This document shows positions 34,968-48,431 of a DNA stretch of 64,000 nt, one piece after another. The notes under the pieces are model-generated. The model made no database searches, was not told where the DNA came from, and saw only the letters and a program-made list of their open reading frames with translations. Every line of letters begins with the position of its first letter. The first letter of the stretch is position 1. This DNA comes from Macrostomum lignano (lineage: Eukaryota). Position numbers and translations under genes: made by a program. The DNA lies in the NCBI GenBank assembly GCA_002269645.1, contig NIVC01000739.1, positions 62,001 through 126,000 of the forward strand, in the 5' to 3' direction.

Positions 34968-37662
34968 CTAGCCACCTCTTGGATGTAGCATCCACCCGCC
35001 CAGGAGATAGGGACAGAGGCGCTCATCGAGAGACATGGGCATCCACCAAAAAGGATTCCTTAATACTTCGATGCTTAAAATTTTCATTCTTAATCCAGAT
35101 TGTAACTTCCTTGCAAAGTTCGCGGTTGAGTACATCGGCGCATTGTATGGGTTTCCGCTTTTTTGACTACGCCGCACAGCCTGAGCATTTGCTTTGACCT
35201 GCACAAAACTGTTTAACAAATGGATTGCATAAAAGTAAGCCAGAAAATGGTGATCATGCTGAGGGTTTATAGTGAATGGTATTTACTAGATACCGGCTAT
35301 CTCCGTTATTGATAAGAGGTTTCGTTCACAAAAGTCAATCAAACCTGGTTAACAGTAGAGTTGAGCACGTCCCATTGGTCTATAAGCTCGTTTAACTGCC
35401 TTTGGATAGTTTCCGGGTGAGGTTCGACTCCCGAAGTGGATTGCAGCTGGGAAGGAATTCTGGTGCCAGCTTCCAGGGCTGCGTGGAACCGCTCCTCTCC
35501 GTCTGACATGCTGTGCTGGATCGCCTTGAATTTTTTATTTACACGTGTACATTAAAATGGGCGTAAAAATGATTTGGGTTATTACGAATGCAGCTGCTGA
35601 GATACTCACATTGAGGCGCCAATCCTCAATCTGATACCTGAGATCGCTGATATTCGATAGCGTGCTTTCTATCCATTCAGAAACGCACCGCCGTCGGCTT
35701 TCAAACTTTCCACACGCCGCAGCATATTTCTGGCTAAAGTGTTGCTTCCCGTTTGCCTGATTGGGATCGAGAAAAATAGCATGTGACGATAAGGTTTATG
35801 CGAAAAATGATGCAGGTTTTTGCGTAGGTTTCTTGAATTTCCGCAATCTTATACGTTTAAGTACAAAAATTATTCTTTTCTAACCTCTTTCAGTGACTCT
35901 TTTCAAACTGCTTTTATTTCTTTTTTCAAATATTAATTCAACCTGTTTTCACTGACGCTTATTATTACATTGCCAAAAGTGTCACAGCTTAAAATGAACC
36001 TCAAAAAGTGTCTCACCAGATTTTTAGCCGCCTCTGCTTTCAGAGAGTCGTAGCGGATGGCTAACAACGTCAACGATTCCTCGACATTCTGTTGGCTTTC
36101 TGTCCTGACTGCTTCTAGCTGGCTCGACTGCACCATGAGATCTCCGCCAAGTTGCTTGACCTTTTCTACAGTGCTCTGCCACTGATTGATTTCGTAGCAC
36201 AGGTCAGCCAGGCATTTCACCTGCTGATCAATGATGCTGAGGTCTTCGGAGTCCGAGATTGCTGATTGAATTCGCGGCAAGGATTCGGCCTTTTCGGAAA
36301 TCCAATTTAAGCAAAGCGAGAGTTCCCTTTCGAACTGTTGCTTCTTCACTTCTGTGACGGTTGTCTGCAAACACGTGTTTCAAAGTCGATTGAACAAATT
36401 GTGAGAGGTACAAATTCGTGTGATGATTAATTAAGGAAAATATCAAGTATAAATGCTTCTGCTTCTCGAAAAACTAAATGAAAATTTACTGAAACCAAAC
36501 GGAATGAGAGGAATGAGAGGAGCTCACTGGTGCAACCTCTTGGATGTAGCATCCACCCGCCCGGAGAGACATCAAGAGACTGGGGCGCCCAACAAAGGTG
36601 ATAGCAGTATAAGGATGGCGATCGACTGTCATTTAGGAATTATTAAGAATGAAACTTAGGTTTTAGGTTAGGGAATTAGGGAATTGCACTGCTATCAGAG
36701 CGTGGTGGAGTGTAGTTGTGGACAGCTGCACTCTTACAAAAAGCCACAAGCGCTCGAAGACGGTATTGCAAAGAGCGAGTGCAGGCCGCCCTAAAAGTCT
36801 GATCCACTGTAAAGGGTTGTATGCCTTTATGTGGAGGGGATTCAATTACATTCTGAACACTGAGACATTTCAGAAGTCACACGAGAGAGGGAGATCGTGG
36901 GAATCTGCCGGAATTGCGACGATGTCTGAAAGACGTGAGAAGCTGATAACGCAGACAGTTTCACAGGGACTGCATCGGGAAAATTCACTATAAATAAGCG
37001 AGGGTTAAATGCCTATTCTTTACTCTCTTTACTAACTTCTGACTTGCTTAAACAACTCGTCTCCAAATCGTTACTCCAAATCGTTCTAAGCGTGCCGATT
37101 GCTTTTGCAGACACCTGTGAACGGTGGGTAAGACTGAGCACTGCCATGACTATAGATTTATGAATATTAGCGTATTGGTCTCAGACCAAGTAGATAGGGC
37201 TTAAGCTATATACAATGGATTAATAAGAGCATTGTAGTAGCTTAGTTACACGGTAGTGTCCCTGTCTCAGGCGTGTTCTCCTTGCTTGTAGCTCGCTTAT
37301 TTGCTTAATTACCTACTTATTCGAACATTTAAACTAAAGTGATCAAATATAATGATATGGCTAACCGGAAACTACCGTCTAATTGTATTCTACCTTGTTG
37401 TCTTAGCGGAGTTATCGAACAATAAGAAGCTTTCGAACACATTTTCACAGAACTGTTTTCCAATTTTGCTAAATCAGTCAAAAAGTAAAATACACTGATT
37501 GATGATGCAATATGAACTCACATTTGGCGATATGTGAGACTGCGGTGGATACAGACTCTGCCCTTGCTCTGGCAGTACATACTCGTAATTGCTGGGGTGA
37601 GCCACGCTCGCTCTGCTCCCGGCGAGTTTGGCAGTTGATTTTTTGCTCTTCTGGTTGCCCAT
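34968..37662 (-). CDS. Myristoylation-motif first exon plus spectrin-repeat exons (short gene, distal 5' part of P1, or pseudogene)
   Basis: Phase-0 open exons 37662-37522 (MGNQKSKK...SPN), 36364-36017 (FERELSLCLNWISEKAESL...QWQSTVEKVKQLGGDL), 35756-35610 (KFESRRRCVSEWIE), 35524-35345 (QRQLNELIDQWDVLN). A fifth exon from 35198 looks frameshifted relative to a spectrin-like reading and runs into a repeat, stop at 34968. Confidence 0.6.
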
Positions 37663-37773
37663 TCCGTCTACAATTGAGCAGCTACCGAGGAAAAGTTCTT
37701 AAGGATGTTTAGAAACTTAAAACTGCTAGCTGTAGCAACTATACGGCTCTCTTTTAATGGGTAGCATCATAGC

Positions 37774-37781
37774 TATTTATA
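37774..37781 (-). promoter_or_regulatory. Putative TATA box of the MGNQKS exon
   Basis: TATAAATA on the minus strand ~110 bp upstream of ATG 37662, conserved with 58423-58430 in the homologous promoter. Confidence 0.5.
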
Positions 37782-38109
37782 GCCAAAGTGTACTGGTAAC
37801 AGATATGAATAATTGGATAGACAGAACGTACACCAGAGGGCCAACAGTGTAGTGCGCTTTTGCTGCTGGGCCTCCTGTATAGACGGCCGAATTGAGACAA
37901 TTGAACGAATTGTTGAGACAGAAAATATTGAGAGGCTGCAATCCGGTCAAGATTAAGCCAACTTGAATAGATGTACATTCTACATTGTACCGGTCAGGGG
38001 TTGGCAGACTCTGGCCTGCGGCCCGGGAAGCCTCTCTCTATCCGACCTTTGGGTCCTTTGAAAATTCACAACAGCTATTCTAAATGAAAATGAAATTAAA
38101 TTAAATTAA

Positions 38110-38285
<176 letters not shown>

Positions 38286-38964
38286 GTACAGACGGGTTTC
38301 ACTCATATGAGTGTGTCTAAGTTAAATTAAGTTTATCGAAATTGAATGTGAATTTGCCCCAGAACTTGAATTTAGACCAAGGAAAAATCGCTCTCAACGA
38401 GGAACTGTTTTATACTGAATATCCGCTGTCTAAAACGAATGTCTGGTGTCTAAATTGAAGTTCACTTTGTCTAATTTGAAGGTTAAGCTAAAAGTATAAA
38501 AATTAATGTGGAATTGTCTTAATTGTATTGCAGATTTGTTGAAATTGAACGGGAAAGGTGTAGTCTAGTCAAGCAAGCCAACCCTAACTTAAAATCCATA
38601 AGCCCCTTGTAACAGAATCTATTCTGAGTTTCGTTGTATTCGAAAAACTCTTCTCTATTTACTGCAGCCGCCGCAAGATCCTTGACACATGACCAAATTG
38701 TGTTTTTGAGGTCCTTTCCAAATCTTCTGGGTAAACTATAGTATTCTCCGAGTAGAATGGAATAGTCTGGCGATTAACCTGTCATATCAAAGAAAGCGTT
38801 GTCCAAAGCCTGTCGGTCGGTTAAGTGAAGGCGGCAGTCTCGGCATTTAATACGAACTCAGTAAATGCAGGTAGATCATCATAAGACTTGAAGCCGACCA
38901 CCAGTTTAAACACCTTGGGAAAGTTTTCCTGGAATTTGATATTGATGTTCTTGAACGGAGGGAG

Positions 38965-40758
38965 CACTGCAGAGCTTCTCGCCACTTGACGTTACCGGTA
39001 AGAGTATCATTTTCCATTCGGACAGGCAAGCTGCCTTGCACGCCATCAGTGGCTGCACCACCCACTCTGCTACAGTCCTCGACCGTATCAAAAAATTAAA
39101 CTCCTTAACTATTGGGTTCCACCAAAAAAATCACCCTTAAGTGGGTTCCGTGGCACGTGGGGATCCGAAAGAACGAGCTGGTCGACACCCTTGCAAAAGT
39201 TGGCACCTCCAGCTCCTCTCTCGGGCCCGAACCCTTTGTCCCGATTCCTGGCTGTGTCATCGATTCGCGCATCAAAGCGTGGATCAGAACCCAGCACCGC
39301 TCAACCTGGGCGAACTGCACTACTCGTACTTGCAGGTGTAGTGCATGCGCCCTTGTCAGTTGGCAGGGCGCGTTGCACTCTGGGTCTGGTTGGGGGGTTT
39401 GCGGGCGTGGCAGGGTCTGGCCGCCGTCCGGGCTTTGCGCGTGCCCCTCCCCAGCCGTGCCCCTGCCCCGTGCTCAGGGCTGGTTGGCTGCGGCCGGGCC
39501 AGCTTTGGCGCGGGTGCAGCCCCCCCCCCCCTAGGCGGGGTTTTGATTGGTTGGCCGGCGCGGCCAGTCTCTATTTTGTTGGGGTAGCTTGTTTGGGTGG
39601 GCTTAGCCGGTGGGGCCATCGGCCCCAGGGTTTGGTTATTATTTAATGCGGCTCTGGGCCTTGCTCACGCCCTTCGCGCTGTTTGTTCTGTTTTGTTCTG
39701 TTCGTACTGTTTCGTGTTTTTTGAATTGGTGTGCTCGCCGAGTACAAGTGCGAGACTAGACGGTTAAACAGCAACTCCAGCTATAAAATACGAGAAAAGA
39801 AACACAAGAGCCTTAAGAAGAATCTTGGAAGTTAGAACCTGCACTGTACAACGAGCGAATCAATAAACGTAACGGCGATTTGGCCACTGGTAAGCCGCCT
39901 GCTGCTTGAGTTCGTTCTTTTCTGGGAGCTTGTTAGGCTGAGTTCTTGCCAGAGCGTCATAACGCCGGGAGATCATATTGCTTTTTGTAGTATTGTACCG
40001 TCTACTCTATATAGTGTGTACAACCTACAGTATCGAGACTAGAAGCACTCGAGAGTGGCACCACACCTCGAGCCGCAGCGTGAACTCTGAGTGCCACAAC
40101 ACCAGAGGGATCAAACTATTATCGCAGAGCGTCGTCACGCCTGCTCGTATCCATAAAAGTACAGACAGAGCGTCACAACGCCTGTTATATCACGTATAAT
40201 ATATATTGTACTCGCGACTGGGCACCCAAACCGGCCCGGGTTACAACACAGGCAATCCAGAGGCGCTGTCCCTCAGCCTCTCACCAGCTCTGGAAGCTCC
40301 TCTTGCGTCTCTCGCAAAGAGACATCCGAGCTGCCAACATGACCCTCTCAGGTCACGGCTGCTTTTCTAGGCACCAGCACCTGCAGGGCAATGCCACCAA
40401 CGCAATCTGCAGTTTTTACAACTCAGGTGACGAAACTGCTGAGCATTTCGTCAGCATCTGTCCCGCCTTCACGAGGGCCAGACTCACTTACCTCGGGCCA
40501 CACACATCTATTACTGAAGCGTGCAAACCCGAAAACTTTAATCAGCTCATGCGCTACCTTCGGGCCACCCGCAGGGCTGAACTCTCCTTTCCAGAGAGCA
40601 CCATAGCTGCTGGCGACACTGGGGGACCTCCCTGGGCGGCGCCAACCCTCCGTCCATAGCGACGCGTCGGCCGTTCAGGGACTAGCGGAATGGGCGCCCG
40701 CGCCTTCCCGCTGTGTCCCCTCCGGGACAGCCCTGCAGCTAAGTCAAAGTAAGTCAAG
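38965..40758 (+). mobile_element. 5'-truncated RNase H-bearing non-LTR retrotransposon (I/R1/Tad-like), split by a solo LTR
   Basis: IIFHSDRQAAL...LKWVPWHVGIRKNELVDTLAK (RNase H), then TCR|QSR across the insertion, then GHG...H...C..(Y)...ETAEHFVSICPAF (CCHC finger) and an AAGTC(A) repeat tail at ~40740-40758. Confidence 0.82.
39337..40248 (+). mobile_element. Solo LTR, 912 bp
   Basis: TGTAG...ACAACA termini; 4-bp TSD CAGG (39333-39336, 40249-40252); TATAAA near 39782 and AATAAA near 39862; removing it restores the LINE frame. Confidence 0.85.
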
Positions 40759-41613
40759 ATGTTGGAGTGCGAAATATTAACGTAGTTGGAGGCGTATTTA
40801 AAAAGACAATTTTTTTATCCCAGGTAGTGCATCTGAGACCACTTAAAAAATTGGAATATCCTACTCGGGGGTTTTCAAATCGGCTGAGAGAAGTTAAGCA
40901 AGCGAGTTGAGCAAGTTGAGCAATTATTAAAATCAATCAGTCAAATTGTCGAAATATTGTATAAATATAGTCCAATTGCTACTAGGAAAATAGCGAAGAC
41001 AGAACTTAAATGACTAACACTTATCAGAAGCTCAAATTAGCAACAGTTGAATAATATAGTGTATCCAGTCAGAAGATTGATTCACCGAACGGCGAGAGCA
41101 AGGCTATATTCAGAACAAAAAACTGACTTCTTTGTGCATCACGCTTGCGAAAAGTGCTAATAAATTATTGATATTTCAACTTTTTACGAAAGGGTTCTAA
41201 ATACGCACAAACAAGCACAAAAGATAAAACGGTTCAATTAAGGGCCACAACATCCAAAAATTACACTGTACATAATAGGAGATAGAAAAAAGACGATTGT
41301 TGTCAGTTTATATGCTATCTGACGAATATTAAGGTACACGTACCGATTTCTGTCGAACTACCGATTCATCTGATTCTAATTATTTTTATATGAATTCGCG
41401 TGTTTAAAAGTCCAAATAATAACTGTAATATACTAATAGTCAATACGAGCTGTATAATACCAATAGCTAGTTGCACTAGTCATGCATTGTTAAACTAATT
41501 TGTATGATGATTTTTATTGTACATGTATACACATGTAGTATCTATCTAGCTTTCTTACATCTATAGCCACGTAATATTTATAGTTTACAGTTAAACCTCA
41601 ATAATATTTGTAT

Positions 41614-41968
41614 CAAGGACGACTTAAGTAGAAGGACGGGAAACCTCGTTTCTTAGAAAATTACTGAAGGCACTTTTTCCTGAAAAAATACACTACGGAG
41701 ATGGGAATTTTTCATTTTTCAGCACAAAAATTGCTATTACTTTTGATAGGAGGCAGATCCAGTGTTCATCTTTTGATATGTTGTGCCTTTTTTATTGCTC
41801 TATCGATATTCATAAAGCTTTTCGTTTAGAAAATTAGGATTCTATGTTATCAATTTTTGTGCTGAAAAAATGAAAAATTCCCATCTCCGTAGTGTATTTT
41901 TTCAGGAAAAAGTGCCTTAAAAATACTAAGAAACGAGGTTTCCCGTCCTTCTACTTAAGTCGTCCTTG
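41614..41968. mobile_element. Palindromic MITE with 8-bp TSD (P- or hAT-superfamily-like, CAAGG termini)
   Basis: Long TIRs CAAGGACGACTTAAGTAGAAGGACGGGAAACCTCGTTTCTTAG; ATTTGTAT at 41606-41613 and 41969-41976; absent from the paralogous segment near 28.4 kb. Confidence 0.9.
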
Positions 41969-42486
41969 ATTTGTATTTAAAAATTAGTCAAAAATTACCA
42001 TCAAAGGAATTTACGTCAATATGATGGTTAAACCAATTCGGAAAATACTGCATGTATATATATATATATACTTTTCATATTGATATAACCACATTTATAT
42101 CGGAATAAGCATGTCAAAAGGTAAAAACTAGCCTTCAGATATAAGTTGCAAATAAACGGTAGATTTTCTTCCTTTTTGAAAAGGAATTGCAATTCCTTTA
42201 AATAAAGTAATATTTTATTATTGCGCTAATGAACTGCTAAACTGATCGAATGGCTCCAGATACACTGAGCAACACAGAAAACCGCAATCCTAGAGCACTG
42301 TAAGCTGAGTGATTGACTCCAGCTCAGGACACTGAAAATGAAGCAAAGATAGCCAACTATCGCTCAAGGTCTAAGGTGGCGGTTTTCAGTGATTCTGAGT
42401 TAACACAATATTAACTTGATATTATATATGCTCGTATACAATATATCTATATATATTCGTTTGAATAAACCCATCAACAGCGCAGC

Positions 42487-45400
42487 TCAGACATCAAACT
42501 TCACCAGATACCTGGGAGTCGCTTGCTCAGGCCGGTACACAATGTACTCGTCGTTAAACACACCGCCGGTTCCCCTCGAGTTCCGTTTGGCGAACACCGA
42601 GTCGAAACCGGCGGCAACAACATTCTGCAAGTTCAGATCATTCCTGGGCGCGTCGCACACCATGTACTTGCCGAGCACAACGTTGCACAGGAGCAGGGTC
42701 TTGACGCCGCTGTCTCTAGCGTACTGTGCACTCTTGCTAGTGTCCGTAGCAAAGTAGATCCCTGCTCCATACATGCCTCTGTTGCCGACCTTAATTGTGT
42801 ACAGCGGTTTAGAAATTGTCATTTGAAAATACATGTAGATTCGAATTATCGAAAATTATAGCGTTTAGCATACTGCATATACACTGAAAGATTTTTATCA
42901 TGTAACCAAAGATCATAATTGACCAAAGTTTTAGTTGTCCCTGGATGTAACTTAATTGAATAAAAGCCGGAGAAATGTACAATAACTACTGTCATAGCTG
43001 GATACAATGACAATATAACTAACTTCTCTAACGAGGCAAAATTTCTGATGTGGCGGCTGTAATCAAACAGTTTTAATGAATAATGATGGATATTGATAAG
43101 CTGCATCTGCCCACGGCACCCGCAGTTCTGGCATACACTGTATGTTACGAGCTAGCAGGTGCCAACTTTAGATACCTGAAAGCCTTCCTGGATGATCTTC
43201 TCGGCTGCGTCTCCAGTCGTGCCGTGGATGAGCAGGAGTGGCTCGCTATTTTTCTTAATCAGCTGGTCGTACACGTGATAGACCCGCCTGTCCAACACGG
43301 GGTTTTCGATCTTCTCGATGCTTCGAATTCTCACTGTGATATTGTGCTCCGGCTTGACGTATCTGACGACCCTGTCCAGCACCTGAATATATTCCAGAGA
43401 GTTTTCAGGGTCAGTGTCCGACAGCATTGTGCGCTTGACCTGGTCGTCGTCTCTCGGTCGACTAAACAGGCCGTTCCGCTGCATCTGGGCGGTGAGCGGC
43501 CAGCATTTGGAGCAGAAGTCATTGCTGACTAGCCGAGATGAGGCTTCACGATCCAGTTTCTCCCAGTGGCCGCAGTTAAAATGCCGAACTTTCTGCTGCA
43601 GATGGGATTGGAGAGGAGATCCTGCATCAAAGCTGGATCAAAAAGTCATCATGTAATAATGGTCTGGTCGTAGTCTTGAGAAACGGTATTTTAAATCGTC
43701 CCTTCGAAGATTTTGCGTTTCTCATGAAAGACTGAATGTGTCTCTCATGGAAGCCTGAAAGTGTCTCATTGAAGATTAATGCGTCTCGAATATGGAGGAC
43801 TGTGTGTGCTTCTAGTGAACAACAGTTGTCTATATCCCATGCACCTATAGACTACTAAATTGAGTGTTTTGAAAAATCCTAGACAAGATCAGACTCACCT
43901 GGTCTCTATAGTTCCCGCGGCGTCTATGGTATCTTCTCCGATGTTTGCGCCTTCCTCCATCGACGCGGCCGTTTCGATTCCCATCGCTGCCTTCGTTTTC
44001 GGTCTCCCCCCAGCTTCTCAGATCATGTTGGCTGTTGGAGAATTCATGACTTTGATCTCTCCAAGGACTTCGACTTTCGCGACCGTTCTGAAATCGTGTT
44101 TACGGCTCGTCATACAACTACTATACATAAACTGAAAAATGCAGTTTTGACGACTCACATCTATCCCCGCTTCGCGGCGTCGCCTTCCACGTCTTCTGTC
44201 GCTCACGCCCCAATCGTCTCTGCCGTCCGATCTATCTCGCAAGTCGGTCTCACTTTGCCATCCTCCGTCGAACTGCCGACCACCAAAGCCAGACGAATCA
44301 AACTGGTTCTGTTCGCAGTGCCGTTCCCATTTTGAACGATGGTTTCGGCGATAGCGATTCTTTGGGAAAGGAAAGTTTTATCTGGTGCAACACTGCCAGC
44401 CGGTATATAAGAAACTGAATGCTTACTTTAGCTTCATAACTTACAGTAGGTAACAGAACTTCAGTAAGTATCGCTTCCCTCTCCAAACCATTTAGATATT
44501 CAGTCGCTACCTTCTGCTCTCCAGAACGAATTTGAACAATAAGGCAACACTTACTTCGCCGTCTCGGCGCCTCCTTCCATCCTGGCCGCTATCATCTGTG
44601 TAGAATTCCCTCTGCAGTCGCTCAAACAAGCTGATCATCATAGACCAGGACTGGACAAGCTGAAGATGTTGACGACCAACTCGAAATGGACAGGTGGTTC
44701 GCTGCAACATTTGCTCGGCCGTTACAGTAGCATCTGATAGTAGATCTTCGCCTTCGTTTAGAGTGTCTTCGATGGCCTTGAAGGAAGTATTTTCAAGAGC
44801 CTTTAGAATTAAAAATTATCAGTTTATCAATTTCAGAGAGAATAAGTCAGGTTCTCATGGAATCATCGGAGACTAACTAGATTCTAAAAGATCATTGAAG
44901 AAAAGGAAATCACTTTAATTTCTATTGAATCAAGAAGAAAATTCATACGATCATAAAGAGTTCATATGATAATTCTGAAACCAATTGAAATCCTCGATGG
45001 TCATTGAATCGATGATAATTATACTCCGGTAAGTCATAGAATCGCAGATAAATCACTCAGATGGCCGTACCAGCCTTGTATAGAAGATAAATCAGTCAGA
45101 ATGTCGTAGAATCAATTTATCTAAAGATACGAACCCGAAGCTGTCGAGCCTTCTCCGAGTTCGGCCCTCTGTCAGCGTCCAAATCCATCAGCTCGACGTG
45201 CTTCTTCTTGATCCAATCGGTAGCGGACTGCCGTTGACGATCAAATTTGTAAGTGTTGTCCAGTTTGATTCTTGGCGGATCCTTAGTTAAATTTTTGGTT
45301 CAAAACGTGTATTCTTTTCTTAGTAGAGTGTAAAGACAATATCAGTAAATCTTATTATTTCTTACTGTCTACGCACTTTAGTTTGAGAATTGAGAATTGA

Positions 45401-48072
45401 GAACTGAGAACTGAGAATTTCATGATACAAGTAAAAATACAGAGTTCGTGGTGATAAATGTTTGTGATAAATATATATATATTTTTTACTTTTCCTCCGA
45501 AAGCTAAATGATAAATGTGACCAAACTCGACGAATTTCGGGAGCTGTTTCCTTCTTTTGAACGTGAACCGGGCCAGGAGATAGGCAGGTGCCACCAAGGA
45601 ACAGGGACGCCCACTAAGAGACAGGGGTCACCAAGAGACAGGGGTCCACCAAGAGACAGGGGTCACCAAGAGACAAGAGTCACCAAGAGACAGGGGTCAC
45701 AAAGAGACAGGGTCACTTCAATCAAACCAATCTGCATTTGATTCAGACCCATTTAAGTTGATTAAAAAGCCTATTAGAAAATAATAAACAGAACAGCCAT
45801 TAAACCTGCGCAGTCCTTCTATGTCGACCATTCATTCCGTCTGACGCGTCGCCTCTCCGTCCGTATCCGTAGCCAGTTGCCTTTGACAAATTGGTTGCGT
45901 TAAATATAAGTTAATACACTATGGCTCTAAAGACACAGAATGAAATAAATATGTGCACCAGTCAGATAGCTATAGAATCAAATATACAAGCTAGTTAAAT
46001 CATTTAGATGGCCATAGAATCGAAGATAAATCACTCTCATAGCCATGGAGTCGAAGATAAATCACTCGGATGGCCATAGAATCGAAGATAAATCACTCGG
46101 ATGGCCATAGAATCGAAGATAAATCACTCGGATGGCCATAGAATCGAAGATAAATCACTCGGATGGCCATAGAATCGAAGATAAATCACTCGGATGGCCA
46201 TAGAATCGAAGATAAATCACTCGGATGGCCATAGAATCGAAGATAAATCACTCATATGGCCATAGAGTCGAAGATAAATCACTCATATGGCCATAGAGTC
46301 GAAGATAAATCACTCATATGGCCATAGAATCGAAGATAAATCACTCATATGGCCATAGAGTCGAAGATAAATCACTCTCATAGCCATAGAGTCGAAGATA
46401 AATCACTCATATGGCCATAGAATCGAAGATAAATCACTCGGATGGCCATAGAATCGAAGATAAATCACTCATATGGCCATAGAATCGGAGATAAATCACT
46501 CATATGGCTATAGAATCGAAGATAAATCGCTCAAATGGCCATAGAATCGGAGATAAATCACTCATATGGCCATAGAATCGAAGATAAATCACTCATATGG
46601 CCATAGAATCGAAGATAAATCACTCATATGGCCATAGAATCAAAGATAAACCACACAGTTGGCCATAGAATCAAAGATAAATCACACAGTTGGCCATAGA
46701 ATCAAAGATAAATCACTCAGATGGTCGTAGAGTCAACGATCAAATTGAAGAGAATCAAATCCGAAGCGTCAAGTCCTCCGAAGTGTAAAATTTGAGTCAG
46801 TGTAAAGTATTATTTAAGATTTTCGCTATCAGCACATGCGTTTCCACTCTTAGTTGAGTGTGGTGGCAATATCAGTAGAATTTTTAAAAAAGCATTTTCT
46901 TATTTTCTTGATGGCATTGTAGTCTACGCACTTTTATTTGATACCTTGTATCTGCGCCTTCATGATACAAGTGCTAAATATAGCATCGCAGTTTTTTACT
47001 TTTTAGTAACCTGGAAATAAAGGCCGTTCCATAATTAGAAACACTTACGAGCGTATTACTTTCCTCAGGGCAGTTTTGTTATCCATAACTGCACCAGACC
47101 GAGGGATCTTGATACAAGTCGGGACAAGTTTTAGCTAGAGTCAGCATTCTTTTTTGTTTTTGTTTCCTGCCACTCTGAACTGCTTCAGAAGCTGGAGGAA
47201 TACCAACCTGTCAGATAGATCTTTTGAAAACATCTGACTTGAAAGTTCTGTCCAGACTTGTCCAGACGGGATTAGCTTCCCGATCTACGTATCGCACTTT
47301 TTGACACCACTATTCGAGATGGGCTTCTGTCTGAGCACTGTCCTCTTCATTTGTTCTTTTTTAACTTCTTAACTATTTCTCTTGAAAAGTTGTGTTTCTA
47401 TAATTGTTTCAGGCACAAAATCAATGGCAAACACTGAGGGGAGGCAGGGGGCCACATCGCTACCCCCCCCCCCAAAAAAAACTGCGCTGGTCCAAAACCT
47501 AAATCAAGTCACCAAGAGACAGGGATAACCAAGAGACAGGGGTCACAAAGAGACAGGGTTCATCAAGAGACAGGGGTCACCAAGAGACAGGGGTCACCAA
47601 GAGACAGGGTTCACCAAGAGAGAGGGTTCACCAAAAGACAGGGGTCACCAAGAGACAGGGTTCACCAAAAGACAGGGGTCACCAAGAGATAGGGGTCACC
47701 AAGAGACAAGGGTCACAAAGAGACATGGGTCACCAAGAGACAGGGGTCACCAAGAGACAGGGGTCACTAAGAGACAGGGGTCACTAAGAGACAGGGCCGC
47801 CCACCAAGGTGATAGTAGTTTGATGAGTTAAAATTTGTGCAAATAAATCGACTCATTATCAGACCTATTCTGAAGTTGATTAAAAGACTATTAGAAAATA
47901 ATAAGCAGAACAGCCATTTTCCCGTGACAAATATTCAAAGTACGAGCATAAAATTCACCTACTAATGGTAACAACATAAACTCACATTAGTTGAATATTG
48001 TGTGGGTCTAATCTCGGTTTGAGACTGCGGTGGATACCGACTCTCTCGTTTCTTTGCCAGTACATTTCCCAT
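42487..48072 (-). CDS. PARP cluster gene P2: myristoylation motif, spectrin repeat, RD/RS-rich region, Cys/His knuckle, tankyrase-like ART domain (~555 aa model)
   Basis: Phase-0 GT-AG exons, all open and multiples of 3: 48072-47986 (MGNVLAKKR...), 45880-45806, 45281-45135 (KFDRQRQSATDWIKKK), 44800-44555 (TTCPFRVGRQHLQLVQSW), 44359-44159, 44087-43899, 43595-43176, 42789-42487. HGT, GAGIYFA and NDEYIVY present. Confidence 0.8.
45600..45720 (+). repeat. ~17-bp minisatellite CACCAAGAGACAGGGGT (longer array at 47510-47800)
   Basis: Same unit at both sites, inside duplicated P2 introns. Confidence 0.9.
46010..46725 (+). repeat. 31-bp minisatellite, ~23 copies, P2 intron 1
   Basis: Unit GGCCATAGAATCGAAGATAAATCACTC(GG/AT)AT. 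Confidence 0.95.
47510..47800 (+). repeat. ~17-bp minisatellite CACCAAGAGACAGGGGT
   Basis: Direct reading. Confidence 0.9.
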
Positions 48073-48431
48073 CTGATGCGCCGTTCTTTGCAGTATGAAG
48101 AGACAGACTGGTAAGCTTGTTTGCAGGAATCCCTCAGGTTGCGTTAAAATAGGTACTGACACAATGCTTCTAAAGTTCACCCGTTGTCTGCACTCACATT
48201 AAAACGGCGTACGTACACTCTGGGCATGCTACGAGATAAATATGCTATAACTCCACCTTATTGGTCAGGAGTGGTCTCTATCATAGTGTACAGTGTATAT
48301 CAATTTTGCAATTGTTTTGTTCTACTTTTAAAGCAGTTGTTAATGTGAAAAGAGTAAAGCATGTAGATCATTTTTTTATCATAAGTCATCAGTAAAATCG
48401 GTAAGATTTACTTTAGTTAGCAGTCGATTCC

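Noticed and set aside
36655-36685. TTAGG/TTAGGG-like words as an interstitial telomere
   Set aside because: Only 3-4 imperfect units.
39109-39646. GC-rich overlapping ORFs
   Set aside because: LINE RNase H fragment running into LTR U3 sequence.
44290-44365. Alternative frame QRIAIAETIVQNG resembling the PARP AExIIxNG motif
   Set aside because: Short chance similarity; that frame stops soon after, while the RD-rich frame is open and splice-consistent in both paralogs.
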